Positions 9,049 through 19,442 of a stretch of 64,000 bases of DNA are shown here, one piece after another (within the stretch, counting starts at the first letter, position 1; each line of letters opens with the position of its first letter). Both the position numbers and the translations under genes were made by a program. Below the pieces are notes generated by a model. The model was not told where the DNA came from. It made no database searches and saw only the letters and a program-made list of their open reading frames with translations. This DNA is from Bacteroidales bacterium (GTDB taxonomy: Bacteria; Bacteroidota; Bacteroidia; Bacteroidales; VadinHA17). The stretch spans positions 7,313 to 71,312 of the forward strand of contig JAVVEL010000008.1 in NCBI GenBank assembly GCA_032260385.1. The letters run 5' to 3'.

Positions 9049-10199
9049 CTGTTAAATATCAGTCTGATATCAAGCACCTCGGGTCTGTTGCCGATCCTTA
9101 CCCTGGGACCCCAGCTGCCAAAGCCGGATGATACTATGTAGTGGCAGCCTCCTATCAGCCTGTGTCCGTATGTTATTTTGTATATCCGCGAAGTAAGGTG
9201 ATTTAATGGCCACATCTGACCCTTATGGGTATGACCGGAGAGCATCAGGTCAAAACCCGATATTTCACTGTCTTTCTTCATTGGTGGCTGATGATCCATA
9301 ACGATTACCGGTTTATTCAGGTCCTGGCCATCCATGAGGTCAGATAATTCCTTCCTGCCTTCACCGGTATACCTGAAAGAATCCCTGTCCTTTCTGCCGA
9401 GCAGCAGTATCCCTTCCTCCAGGAAGACAGTCTCATCAGCAAGAACCCTCAGACCCTTTTCTTCAATATAGGGTATCGTTTTAGAGTAATTGCCTATATA
9501 TTCATGATTACCGCTAATTGCATAAACATGCCTTGCCGAATCTGGTAATCTGAGTGCTTCCAGCAGGTCATTTCTCAGGACGGGATTTATTTCGCCGTCA
9601 ACGGTATCACCCAGGAAAAGCACCATATCAGGAGAAATTGCATCCAGCTTTTTCGACAGCATTCTCATACTCCTTTTTCCTATTATACTGCCAAGGTGAA
9701 TATCTGATACTGCAGCAATCCTTAACTCCTTTACTTCTGCAGGTTTATCAATAACTATCTCATATTTCCTTATGGCGGGGAATAAGGTGTTCAGGAAGCC
9801 TCCTGCAACCAGAAGTGAAGCCAGACCTGAAGACACCAGGTAAGAGTATTGCCTGAATGCCCGGATATCCTGGTCCGGGAGGACCCCTGTGAGCATGAAG
9901 CTTAACCTTAACAGGTCGGTTGCGACAAGAATGATTATTGAATAAAATATGAATGAAAGCCAGAAGCCCCCGGTAATGTTAAGTATATCCGCCAGGAGTG
10001 ACGAATATCGGCGCTCGAGTATCTTTCCCGCGATAAAGGAAAGTGAAATTACAATAAACAGAATGTTGTACAGGCCGGTGCTTAATATACCCTTGTAAGC
10101 AACTGCACCTTTAAAATAAAGAAAGGTGTTGGCACCTGCATAGATTAAAAATACAATAGTTAAGAAAACAGCTATATCTCTTGATTTCATTTCCCGCAA
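9045..10199 (-). CDS. membrane-anchored metallophosphoesterase (YkuE/calcineurin-like)
   Basis: The N-terminal region has about four hydrophobic helices, followed by phosphoesterase motifs AAVSDIHLG, LGDTVDG, GNHE and GHTH. Confidence 0.8.
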   Translation of the reverse strand: MREMKSRDIAVFLTIVFLIYAGANTFLYFKGAVAYKGILSTGLYNILFIVISLSFIAGKILERRYSSLLADILNITGGFWLSFIFYSIIILVATDLLRLSFMLTGVLPDQDIRAFRQYSYLVSSGLASLLVAGGFLNTLFPAIRKYEIVIDKPAEVKELRIAAVSDIHLGSIIGKRSMRMLSKKLDAISPDMVLFLGDTVDGEINPVLRNDLLEALRLPDSARHVYAISGNHEYIGNYSKTIPYIEEKGLRVLADETVFLEEGILLLGRKDRDSFRYTGEGRKELSDLMDGQDLNKPVIVMDHQPPMKKDSEISGFDLMLSGHTHKGQMWPLNHLTSRIYKITYGHRLIGGCHYIVSSGFGSWGPRVRIGNRPEVLDIRLIFNS

Positions 10200-10206
10200 T
10201 GGTATT

Positions 10207-11232
10207 TCATTGACCTGTCAATTGTGAGTACGTCTTTACCCTTTTTATATAGAAGTTAAAAACCAGGGATTTGTTCAAAATCAGGTCCTGCGGGTATGAA
10301 ATTTTATCTTTAATGCCCTCTTCCCTCTTAAGCTTCAGTTCTTTCTTATGCCTGTAATAGTGGAGATGGGCTTTAATTACATTGACGAAGGCTGTAAAAT
10401 TTAAACTTAGCAAAAAACGCAGTGCGGCTATACCATCCAGGCACATCCTTATGAACAGGATTTTTTTTAGACGGTCCTGGGGCAGGTTTTTATAAAGCAT
10501 GAAGAGGTTATTCCGGAAATTGTAAAATATTTTAGAGGGTGACTTATAAGGAAGTGACCCTCCCCCGAAATGATAAACAGTGGATGAGGGCACACACATG
10601 ATTTTTTTCCCTCCGGCATTCAGGCGCCAGCAAAGGTCAATTTCCTCCATATGTGCAAAAAAATCAGGATCAAAGCCTCCAGCTTCCTTCCAGTCGGATG
10701 ATCTGATGAACAGGCATGCACCGCTGGCCCAGAATACTTGCCTTATGTCGTTATACTGCCCCTCGTCTTTTTCTGTTATATTCAATAGCCTGCCCCTGCA
10801 GAAGGGGTAACCGTATTTGTCAATAAATCCTCCTGCAGCACCGGCATATTCAAACCTGCTGCGATCATTATAGCTTAATATTTTAGGCTGGCATGCTGCA
10901 ACTTCAGGATGGGTGTCCATATATTCAATCACAGGGTTGATCCAGCCCGGGCTTACCTCAACGTCAGAATTGAGCAGGATAAAATATTCTGATTCAAGCC
11001 TGCTGAGGGCTTCATTATAACCCCCCGCAAAGCCGTAATTTTGGCCCAGCTCTATCAGGGTGACACCGGGGTGCTTCTTTCTAATATATTCGCATGAATC
11101 ATCTGTGCTGCCATTATCTGCAACAATTACAGTATAAGCTTCAGATGAAGAGTGTCTTATTGCCCTGTCAAGGAAGAGTTCAAGAAGATTTTTACCATTC
11201 CAGTTAAGGATAACTACTGATGCTTTGTTCAT
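10207..11232 (-). CDS. family 2 glycosyltransferase
   Basis: GT-A N-terminus SVVILNWNG, ADNGSTDDS, a DxD-like LLNSDVEV and a GACLFIRS block. Its start overlaps the stop of the upstream acyltransferase gene in an ATGA. Confidence 0.85.
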   Translation of the reverse strand: MNKASVVILNWNGKNLLELFLDRAIRHSSSEAYTVIVADNGSTDDSCEYIRKKHPGVTLIELGQNYGFAGGYNEALSRLESEYFILLNSDVEVSPGWINPVIEYMDTHPEVAACQPKILSYNDRSRFEYAGAAGGFIDKYGYPFCRGRLLNITEKDEGQYNDIRQVFWASGACLFIRSSDWKEAGGFDPDFFAHMEEIDLCWRLNAGGKKIMCVPSSTVYHFGGGSLPYKSPSKIFYNFRNNLFMLYKNLPQDRLKKILFIRMCLDGIAALRFLLSLNFTAFVNVIKAHLHYYRHKKELKLKREEGIKDKISYPQDLILNKSLVFNFYIKRVKTYSQLTGQ

Positions 11233-12110
11233 GCTTCCTCCGGCTTTTTATGCTTCCACCTCCTGTGCGACCACATCCATAACTCGGGTCTGCGTCTTAT
11301 CTGTTCTTCCAGCATGCTTACATGTTTTTCCGTTAATTCGTGAGGCTTCAGTTTCCCGGGTTCTTCAGTAATAATTTCAGGTCTTACCTCATAATATCCC
11401 CTCCTGATTTTGTCTATGTGAAAAAAGACTACCGCCATGTTGAATTTATGTGCCAGTTTTTCAATGCCCAGGTAAACCGGTGTGTCCTGCCTAAGAAATT
11501 TTGTCCAGTACCTTATCTCTTTTTTCGGGGGTGTCTGGTCTGACACCAGTCCTACCAGTGTGTTTATACCATCTTCCTCGTACTGGTATAAGATCCTTCC
11601 TATCCTTGACATCGGAGACAGTTCAATACCATATTGAGATCTGAATTTATAAAAATACCTGTCAAAAAATTTGTTTGTCAGGGGTTTATAAACCATGATG
11701 GTCCGGTACCTGATACTCAGCGGGAGGCTGATAATCCATTCCCAGTTGGCATAATGTCCAAAGACCGCAATAGTGCTTTTACCTTCGTCTTTAAGTTTAT
11801 CAAGCACTTCGGGATTTATTAGTTTATACCTTTCTTTGAGCTCGGGGGCCTTCATGTTTTGCAGCTTCAGGACTTCAATAAAAACATCGGAAAGGTGCCT
11901 GTAGAATTTTTTCGAAGTATCTTTTATTTCCCCTTCTGTTTTATCCGGTAAAGCATTTCGCAGGTTTTTTATGACTACTGCCTTTCTGTATTTAATAAGG
12001 TGGTAGAGTGTGAAATAGAATAAGGGCGAAAAAACATACAGGGCTTTAAGGGGTAATAGTGTTATCACCCGGTTGAAAGCAGAGAAGATGTAGAAAAGTA
12101 TGCCTTTCAT
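11229..12110 (-). CDS. LpxL/HtrB-family lysophospholipid or lipid A acyltransferase
   Basis: 293 aa with an N-terminal membrane helix and an HX4E acyltransferase motif (GHYANWE). Length and layout fit the lauroyl/myristoyl acyltransferase family. Confidence 0.7.
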   Translation of the reverse strand: MKGILFYIFSAFNRVITLLPLKALYVFSPLFYFTLYHLIKYRKAVVIKNLRNALPDKTEGEIKDTSKKFYRHLSDVFIEVLKLQNMKAPELKERYKLINPEVLDKLKDEGKSTIAVFGHYANWEWIISLPLSIRYRTIMVYKPLTNKFFDRYFYKFRSQYGIELSPMSRIGRILYQYEEDGINTLVGLVSDQTPPKKEIRYWTKFLRQDTPVYLGIEKLAHKFNMAVVFFHIDKIRRGYYEVRPEIITEEPGKLKPHELTEKHVSMLEEQIRRRPELWMWSHRRWKHKKPEEA

Positions 12111-12113
12111 CCC

Positions 12114-12911
12114 TTATGCCTGTTTCATGTATTTTTCAACTTCATGCCTTAACGTTTCGAAAATCTTATCATTTGCTGCCACTATTTCAGAACCATCGGT
12201 ATTCTTTATCTTACCTGAAAAATCACTTACCAGTCCTCCGGCTTCTTTAATAAGGATTATGCCTGCAGCCACATCCCACCTGTTAAGCCCGGCTTCGAAA
12301 AATCCGTCGTATCTCCCGCATGCCACCCAGGCAAGGTCAATGGCAGCCGATCCCATTCTTCTTACACCATGAGTCCTGCGGATGAAAAACTCGAGGCACG
12401 CCATGTACCTGTCAAGGTTTTCGTAATCCTTGTAGGGAAAACCTGTAGCTATAAGGCTGTCATCCAGGGTTTTTGCCCCGGATACCTCTATGCTTTTACC
12501 ATTTAGCCATGCCCCGCCTTCCCTGTAGGCATGAAAGAGTTCTCCCGAAGGCACATCAAGAATAACGCCCAGCAGGATCTCATCATTATCTGCCAGGGCT
12601 ATGCTTATTGAATATACCGGGGCACCATGCATAAAGTTAGTTGTTCCGTCCAGGGGATCAATTATCCAGATGAGTGTGCTTTCTCCCTTTATAGCTGTTC
12701 CTTCTTCTGCAATGAAGCCTGCCTGTGGAAGTAAAGCTGACAGTTCAGTGCTTAACCTTTTCTCGGCTTCTATATCCACGTATGACACAAAGTCGTGTTT
12801 ACCTTTCTGCCTGGCATCATCAATGTCAAAATTCGCCGATTCTTTGCTGATAAATTCACCTGTCCGCCTTGCGATCGCACTCACACCGGTGCAAATACTT
12901 TTCAGATCCAT
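12114..12911 (-). CDS. inositol monophosphatase family protein (SuhB-like)
   Basis: IMPase motifs WIIDPLDGTTNF, GFIAEE and WDVAAG. The start is set at ATG 12911 (MDLKSI...), which removes the overlap with mtaB. Confidence 0.85.
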   Translation of the reverse strand: MDLKSICTGVSAIARRTGEFISKESANFDIDDARQKGKHDFVSYVDIEAEKRLSTELSALLPQAGFIAEEGTAIKGESTLIWIIDPLDGTTNFMHGAPVYSISIALADNDEILLGVILDVPSGELFHAYREGGAWLNGKSIEVSGAKTLDDSLIATGFPYKDYENLDRYMACLEFFIRRTHGVRRMGSAAIDLAWVACGRYDGFFEAGLNRWDVAAGIILIKEAGGLVSDFSGKIKNTDGSEIVAANDKIFETLRHEVEKYMKQA

Positions 12912-12921
12912 CCTTTTATTT

Positions 12922-14214
12922 TTATACGGTAAAATTACCATTTTCATCAGTTTCTCTAAGGATGTGGGAGCTTATTTTTCCCTCAAGACTAATGTCCCAT
13001 GCTCTGTACACCCTGATATAATTACCCGTGAAGCCTGCAATGAACCCGGGTTTTTCTTCTGTCTCCCAGAGTATATCGGCATGCATTCCCCTGCATTTAT
13101 CATTGAATTCCTTTCTTTTTTTTTCGGAAAGTGACTGTAATTTCTTACTTCTGCGGTGTTTCGTGCCTTTATCGATCTGTCCATCCATAGAAGCAGCCGG
13201 GGTGCCTGCTCTGGATGAATAACTGAAAACGTGAAGGTAGGACAGGTCCAGAGAGCTCAGGAAGTTATAGGTATCCATGAAGTCTTCTTCTGTTTCACCC
13301 GGAAATCCTGCTATTACATCGGCACCTATGCCTGCAAGAGGTAGTTTTTCCCTTATCTTTTCGACCCTGGAGGCGAAAACATCCCGTGTGTACCTTCTCC
13401 TCATTTTAGCAAGTATCCTGTCAGAACCACTTTGCAGGGGTATATGGAGATGCGGCATTATTCTATTGTTTTCCGCCACAAGATTTATTATGTTATCAGT
13501 CAGCAGGTTAGGTTCAACAGATGATATCCTGTACCTTTCAATTCCTTTTACCCTGGTAAGCGCTTCCAGGAGATCATAGAAGGTTTCGCCTGTTGATCTG
13601 CCAAAATCACCTGTATTAACACCTGTCAGTACTATTTCTTTTATCCCCTTTACGGCTATCTTTCCGGCATCCTTTACACATTCACTTATGGGCTGGTTAC
13701 GGCTTCTGCCTCTTGCCATGGGGATTGTACAATATGAACAGGAATAATCGCAGCCGTCCTGTATTTTAAGAAAAGCCCGGGTGCGATCGCCCAGCGAATA
13801 GGCAGAATGAAAAAGTCTTAATTCATCTCTTTCACAATTATGGATCTCCGGCACTTCTCTTTTGTTTAAATCGGAAAGGAAGCGCTTAATCTCATATTTT
13901 TCATTTGTCCCCAGGATAAGATCCACTCCCGGTATCCTGGCAATTTCTGCATGCCTGATCTGGGCATAGCAGCCTGCAACAATAATAAAAGAACCGGGCG
14001 ACTTCCGGATGGTTTGCTTTATTACCTGCCTGCATTTTTTATCAGCAGCCTCTGTTACCGTACAGCCGTGAATGACATACACATCGGCTTTTTCATCGAA
14101 GGCCACCTTACGGAAACCTTCTCCTTCCATCATCCTGCCTATGGCTGAAGTCTCCGAAAAGTTAAGCTTGCATCCAAGGGTATGGAATGCCACTTTCAAT
14201 TGCCTGTCACTCAT
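12922..14214 (-). CDS. mtaB: radical-SAM tRNA methylthiotransferase, MtaB-like
   Basis: N-terminal MTTase domain KVAFHTLGCKLNFSE, a radical SAM CxxxCxxC (CDYSCSYC) and a C-terminal TRAM-like region. The start is set at ATG 14214 (MSDRQLKV). Confidence 0.75.
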   Translation of the reverse strand: MSDRQLKVAFHTLGCKLNFSETSAIGRMMEGEGFRKVAFDEKADVYVIHGCTVTEAADKKCRQVIKQTIRKSPGSFIIVAGCYAQIRHAEIARIPGVDLILGTNEKYEIKRFLSDLNKREVPEIHNCERDELRLFHSAYSLGDRTRAFLKIQDGCDYSCSYCTIPMARGRSRNQPISECVKDAGKIAVKGIKEIVLTGVNTGDFGRSTGETFYDLLEALTRVKGIERYRISSVEPNLLTDNIINLVAENNRIMPHLHIPLQSGSDRILAKMRRRYTRDVFASRVEKIREKLPLAGIGADVIAGFPGETEEDFMDTYNFLSSLDLSYLHVFSYSSRAGTPAASMDGQIDKGTKHRRSKKLQSLSEKKRKEFNDKCRGMHADILWETEEKPGFIAGFTGNYIRVYRAWDISLEGKISSHILRETDENGNFTV

Positions 14215-14273
14215 TTCTGCTGCTATTAAGACTGCAAAAATAAGTATTTTTAGCAAGACGGCTTTTTGTTGGC

Positions 14274-14771
14274 TTATTTAAGCTCCCTGGGAATAATAAG
14301 ACTATGATCAAGCGGCTCTGATGAATGTATATCCTGCCATTTTTCCAGGTCAAAATGAACCACTGTCGTTCCTGTAGTGGGAAGGAAGCCAACGGCTCCC
14401 CTTGTAAGCTGCCCGGCAATGTCTGATATACCAGGGTTATGTGCAAAAAGGGCAACGGTTCTCACTTCATCATCCAGAGATGCTATTGCATCCATCATTT
14501 TGGATCCCGAGCCCGGGTAAAATCCTTCAACAACCCTGATTTTGTCCGTAGCTGTCTTCATTGCACGGGCAAAGATGAAAGCGCTGTGACTGGCACGGCT
14601 TGCCGGACTTGTAAGGATCATGTCAGGCTTTGTGCCTGTTTTAAGTATTTTTTTGGCTACCTTATACCCGTCATTCACACCTCTTTTTATAAGAACCCGG
14701 TCGATATCCTTTTCGAATATGTCATGGGCACAGGCTTTTCCATGCCTGACAAGAATAATAGTACGTTTCAT
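14274..14771 (-). CDS. histidine phosphatase family protein (SixA-like)
   Basis: 165 aa with an N-terminal RHG motif (LVRHGKA) and a later FAHNPG block, typical of the SixA/PGM branch. Confidence 0.7.
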   Translation of the reverse strand: MKRTIILVRHGKACAHDIFEKDIDRVLIKRGVNDGYKVAKKILKTGTKPDMILTSPASRASHSAFIFARAMKTATDKIRVVEGFYPGSGSKMMDAIASLDDEVRTVALFAHNPGISDIAGQLTRGAVGFLPTTGTTVVHFDLEKWQDIHSSEPLDHSLIIPRELK

Positions 14772-14844
14772 TTTTGTCTTATTAATTTTTGAGCCGGAAA
14801 GTAATAAAAATTATTTATCCGGTGCAAGATGTTTTTTTTATAGG

Positions 14845-16179
14845 TCATAGTATGCGGCTTGCAAGTTCAGAAAGGTAACTCCTTTCTCCCCTGACCAGGT
14901 TTACGTGGGCAAATATTTCCTGGCCTTTCATTTTGTCAGTCAGGTAAGAGAGACCATTTGATCCTATGTCAAGGTAGGGTGAATCAATTTGCTCTATATC
15001 ACCCGTGAAAATCATTTTAGTGTCTTCACCGGCCCTGGTTATAATGGTCTTTACCTCATGAGGGGTGAGATTTTGTGCTTCATCCACAATAAAGAAGATG
15101 CTCGAAAGGCTCCTTCCCCTGATATAAGCAAGAGGAGTGATAACCAGCTTTTCTTCCTTTATCATGTCATTGATGCGTATGAACTCCGGGCTCTGGTGAC
15201 TGAATTTATGCTTTATGACCGTAAGATTATCAAAGAGTGGTTGCATATAAGGATCAATCTTTTCCTTAACATCGCCGGGCAGGAAGCCCATATCCCTGTT
15301 AGCCAGGGGGACAATGGGGCGTGCAAGGAAGATCTGTTTATACCTCTTATGCTGCTGTAGGGCTGAGGCAAGGGCAAGAAGTGTTTTCCCTGTTCCTGCC
15401 TTTCCGGTAAGGGCAACAAGCTGTATCTCCGGGTTGGTGAGTGCTTCAATGGCAAAGGTCTGTTCAGCATTGCGTGGATCAATGCCGTAGGTAGTCTGCT
15501 TAATGATCCTGTTTACTACCTTGCTTGAAGGGTTATAATGTGCCAGTGCACTCGATCCGTTATTCTTTAATATGTAAAACTGGTGACCTTCGGGATGTAT
15601 ATCCAGGCCCATATCATTAACCTGTATGCCGTCAGGTTCCTCGTACAGCCTGTCTATCATGCTGCTGGCAATATCCCCTATGGTCTCAACTCCTTTATAA
15701 AGATCATCGATATTGGCTACCTTGTCATTTTCATAATCCTGGGCTCTTATACCAAGGGATTTAGCCTTCATCCTTAAATTTATATCCTTGGTAATCAGGA
15801 TAACGCTTTCAGTCTTATGCTTGCTGCATACGTAGTCGGCTATTGCAAGTATGCGATGATCGCTTGTTTTCTCCGGGAAGGATGCATTAACCCTTTCCGA
15901 AAATTCCCTGCCTGTTTCTATGTATAAGGTGCCCAGCTTATCACCCAGGGGGATGCCATTGTCCAGGAGGCTGTCACCCGACAGCCTGTCCAGCTCCCTC
16001 GTAAATTCCCTTGCGTGGAAATTTATAAGATCATTGCCCTTCTTGAACCTGTCAAGCTCCTCGAGTACAACAATGGGGATTATTATGTCATTCTCCTCAA
16101 ATTTATATATTGAACTGTAATCATGTAATAATACATTGGTGTCAATAATAAAAATCTTCTTCTTTTTCATTTGGGTCAT
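14845..16179 (-). CDS. PhoH-family ATPase with N-terminal PIN domain (YlaK-like)
   Basis: PIN-like IFIIDTNVLLHD, Walker A GKAGTGKT, Walker B FIVDEAQN and a PhoH C-terminal block. The start is ambiguous between ATG 16179 and 16170. Confidence 0.85.
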   Translation of the reverse strand: MTQMKKKKIFIIDTNVLLHDYSSIYKFEENDIIIPIVVLEELDRFKKGNDLINFHAREFTRELDRLSGDSLLDNGIPLGDKLGTLYIETGREFSERVNASFPEKTSDHRILAIADYVCSKHKTESVILITKDINLRMKAKSLGIRAQDYENDKVANIDDLYKGVETIGDIASSMIDRLYEEPDGIQVNDMGLDIHPEGHQFYILKNNGSSALAHYNPSSKVVNRIIKQTTYGIDPRNAEQTFAIEALTNPEIQLVALTGKAGTGKTLLALASALQQHKRYKQIFLARPIVPLANRDMGFLPGDVKEKIDPYMQPLFDNLTVIKHKFSHQSPEFIRINDMIKEEKLVITPLAYIRGRSLSSIFFIVDEAQNLTPHEVKTIITRAGEDTKMIFTGDIEQIDSPYLDIGSNGLSYLTDKMKGQEIFAHVNLVRGERSYLSELASRIL

Positions 16180-16274
16180 TTTAGGTCCTTCCGCACAATT
16201 CCACAAAATTAAAGCCTGCCCGACTCATAAGGAACACTAAATTTATTTATTTTGCACAATTAACTAACAATTTG

Positions 16275-17582
16275 ATGAATTACAGCGATACTCTTGACTT
16301 CCTCTTTTCATCACTGCCAATGTACCAGCGTATAGGGAAGGCTGCATATAAATCTGATCTGACTGCCACTTTAAGCCTTGACAGGCACCTCGGTGAGCCA
16401 CACCGTTCATTTCAGACAATTCACATTGCCGGCACAAATGGCAAGGGTTCAGTTTCTCATATGCTTGCTGCGATAATGCAGGGCGCCGGTTATAAAACAG
16501 GACTGTATACATCACCTCATTATACTGATTTCAGGGAGAGGATAAGGATCAACGGAGAGATGATTGACGAGCAATACGTTGTTGATTTTGTAGAGGCCAA
16601 TAAGGATGTCCTGCTTGAACTGAAAGCTTCATTTTTTGAAATGACAGTGGCCATTGCCTTCACTTATTTCAAATATGAAAGGGTTGACATAGCCATCGTT
16701 GAAACCGGCATGGGGGGAAGGCTGGATTCTACAAATATTATTACTCCTTTGATCTCGGTGATTACAAATATCGGATATGACCATACACAGTACCTTGGAG
16801 ATACACTGGAAAAAATAGCCATTGAAAAGGCAGGGATAATAAAAAAAGAAGTACCTGTGGTAATAGGCAGTGCAAAGGACGAAGTGCGTGAAGTATTTGC
16901 AGCTAAAGCCCGCGAAATGGATTCTGCCATTTATTTCGCAGATGAAAATTTCACGGCCCGGCATTTAGATACTGCAGGGGATGCGAGTGTGCAGACATTC
17001 AATCTGTACAGGGATGGCATTCTTTTTATGAAAGAACTGCTTACAGACCTCCCCGGGGATTTCCAGTTATTGAATATTCCTGCAGTTCTGCAGACCCTTG
17101 AATTACTGGGGAAGCACTTTAAGGTAAATCCCGGGGTGATCCGTTCAGGATTGAGGGATGTGAAAGGGCTTACGGGCTTTAAAGGGAGATGGCAGGTGAT
17201 GAGACAAGCCCCCCTGGTTATTTGCGATTCGGGGCATAATGCTGATGGAATGAAAATATCAGTCAGTCAACTGAAGGGTATTGATAAGGAAAGGCTTCAT
17301 ATAGTGCTCGGGATGGTAAATGATAAAGATGCTGACAGCATACTGAGCCTTTTGCCTCGCAATGCAGATTACTATTTTACAAAGGCGGATATACCCAGGG
17401 CCCTCGACCAGGAGCTTCTAAGGGGAAAAGCTCTTGAATATTCCCTAAAAGGCAATTCTTACCCCTTTGTTATTGAGGCCTTTAATGCAGCTCTTGCTTG
17501 TGCGGATAAGGAGGATCTGATTTTTATTGGCGGAAGCAGCTTTGTTGTAGCCGATTTTCTGAGGGATTATAATAATGTATGA
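16275..17582 (+). CDS. folC: bifunctional folylpolyglutamate synthase / dihydrofolate synthase
   Basis: Mur-ligase P-loop HIAGTNGKGS plus ETGMGGRLD and DSGHN blocks. The ATG is one codon after the track TTG. Confidence 0.85.
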   Translation: MNYSDTLDFLFSSLPMYQRIGKAAYKSDLTATLSLDRHLGEPHRSFQTIHIAGTNGKGSVSHMLAAIMQGAGYKTGLYTSPHYTDFRERIRINGEMIDEQYVVDFVEANKDVLLELKASFFEMTVAIAFTYFKYERVDIAIVETGMGGRLDSTNIITPLISVITNIGYDHTQYLGDTLEKIAIEKAGIIKKEVPVVIGSAKDEVREVFAAKAREMDSAIYFADENFTARHLDTAGDASVQTFNLYRDGILFMKELLTDLPGDFQLLNIPAVLQTLELLGKHFKVNPGVIRSGLRDVKGLTGFKGRWQVMRQAPLVICDSGHNADGMKISVSQLKGIDKERLHIVLGMVNDKDADSILSLLPRNADYYFTKADIPRALDQELLRGKALEYSLKGNSYPFVIEAFNAALACADKEDLIFIGGSSFVVADFLRDYNNV

Positions 17583-17626
17583 CCTGAAAAGATGAAATGT
17601 GGTATCTTAGCCAAAAATGAAAACAT

Positions 17627-19441
17627 ATGAAAACTGATGGCCTTTATATAAAAACCGCCGTTCTGCTGGTCCTGCTTGTTTTAAGCCATAATCTCTTTTC
17701 CCGGGAAACGCGCAGGCTTGTAATTCTGCATACCAATGACCTTCATTCAAGGCTCGAAGGATATGCCCCTTCAGGGGAATACAGTCCCATGAGCACAGGT
17801 GATGATGCTACCAGGGGAGGATTCAGCAGGCTCGCAGCCATCATCGACAGGGAGAGGGCTGCCAATGGAGGAAGGGTCCTCCTGCTGGATGCCGGAGATT
17901 TTCTTATGGGGACCTTCTATCATTATATGGAGGAAGCGAATCCTTTCCAGCTTCCGCTGATGATGGAGATGGGCTATGACGCTGTCGCCATCGGTAACCA
18001 TGAGTTTGATTTTGGCCCCGGCCGGCTGGCAGACATAATAAATAATTCGCGTGCCGCCAATGAAATACCACAACTTTTACTGGGCAATGCAGAGTTTGAT
18101 GAAAAAGACAATGCCGATAACAGCCTGGAGGAATTGTTTGTTAAAGACATTATAAAAAGGTCGCTTATTATTGAAAAGAATGGTATTAAAATCGGTGTTT
18201 TTTCCCTTCTGGGGGAAGATGCCGATAATTCTGCTCCCTACGCTGTGCCGGTAAGCTTTGAGAAGATAAGAAAAGCGGCGAAAAAGCTTGTCAAAGAACT
18301 TCAGAACAGGGGCTGTGATTTAATTATATGCCTTTCCCATAGCGGTATTGAAAAGGATGATAATGGGGAATGGACCGGTGAGGATGTGGAACTGGCAAAA
18401 AAAGTTGCCGGTATAGATTTGATTATAAGCGGACATACCCATACAAAACTGGATGAGCCCCTGGTAATAAATAATATTCCCATTGTTCAGACCGACAGTT
18501 ACGGCAGGTCCGTCGGTCGCATCCAGCTTGAACTTATGCCTGGTGAGATTAACATGACCGCTTACAGCCTTATCCCGGTAGATGATGATATCATGGGTAA
18601 CAGGCATGTACATGAAATGATAAGGAGTCAGAAAGAATTAATATCTGAAAAATTGTATCATACAACAGGCTTCAGGATTGATGATAAGGTAGTTTCAACC
18701 GGCTTTATGCTTGAATGCAATGAAAATGGTGGCCTGGAGGAAAGCAACCTGGGACCTCTTGTGGCTGATGCAATTCATGATTATGTTAACTCCGGTACAG
18801 GAACAGGTTCTGACATAAGCATGGTTGCGGCAGGAGTGATAAGGGACAGGGTGGAGCCAGGCATACAGACCACCCAGGATATCTTCAGGGTGATGTCACT
18901 GGGTAACGGTGATGATGAGGTTCCGGGTTACCCGCTTGCAAGGGTATATGTCAATGCCAGAGAGCTTAAAAGAATACTTGAAATATTGCTTGTGGCTTAT
19001 AAATCAACACCTTCCAATTATTGCTTTTATTCAGGCCTTGAGGTAAAATATGATCCCGGCAGGGGCTTGCTGAGGAAGATAAACTCAATAAGCATTAAAA
19101 ATAAGGATGGAGGCCTTGTTCCTGTTGATATTTCCCGAAATAATACCTGCCTGTATTCAATAACTGCCAATGCCTACATGCTTGAATTTATTGGTATAAT
19201 ACAGCAAATGACCCTTGGACTGATAAAAGTGCAACCAAAAGATGCCCTCGGTAATGAAATTTCTGATATGAAGGAATCAATCATTGATTTCGATGACGAC
19301 AGGCCCGGCATACAGGAGGGGAAAGAGTGGATTGCCCTTGTCAGATACCTGTCGTCAATGGACGATGGCGATGGAGACGGTATACCTGATCTGCCTCTTT
19401 TCTACAAAGATCCCGGCTTATGCCTTATCCCTGAGTTGTAG
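17627..19441 (+). CDS. secreted bifunctional metallophosphatase / 5'-nucleotidase family protein
   Basis: Signal peptide, then ILHTNDLHS, DAGD, GNHEFD and GHTH motifs, with a C-terminal nucleotidase substrate-binding-like domain. Confidence 0.8.
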   Translation: MKTDGLYIKTAVLLVLLVLSHNLFSRETRRLVILHTNDLHSRLEGYAPSGEYSPMSTGDDATRGGFSRLAAIIDRERAANGGRVLLLDAGDFLMGTFYHYMEEANPFQLPLMMEMGYDAVAIGNHEFDFGPGRLADIINNSRAANEIPQLLLGNAEFDEKDNADNSLEELFVKDIIKRSLIIEKNGIKIGVFSLLGEDADNSAPYAVPVSFEKIRKAAKKLVKELQNRGCDLIICLSHSGIEKDDNGEWTGEDVELAKKVAGIDLIISGHTHTKLDEPLVINNIPIVQTDSYGRSVGRIQLELMPGEINMTAYSLIPVDDDIMGNRHVHEMIRSQKELISEKLYHTTGFRIDDKVVSTGFMLECNENGGLEESNLGPLVADAIHDYVNSGTGTGSDISMVAAGVIRDRVEPGIQTTQDIFRVMSLGNGDDEVPGYPLARVYVNARELKRILEILLVAYKSTPSNYCFYSGLEVKYDPGRGLLRKINSISIKNKDGGLVPVDISRNNTCLYSITANAYMLEFIGIIQQMTLGLIKVQPKDALGNEISDMKESIIDFDDDRPGIQEGKEWIALVRYLSSMDDGDGDGIPDLPLFYKDPGLCLIPEL

Positions 19442-19442
19442 T

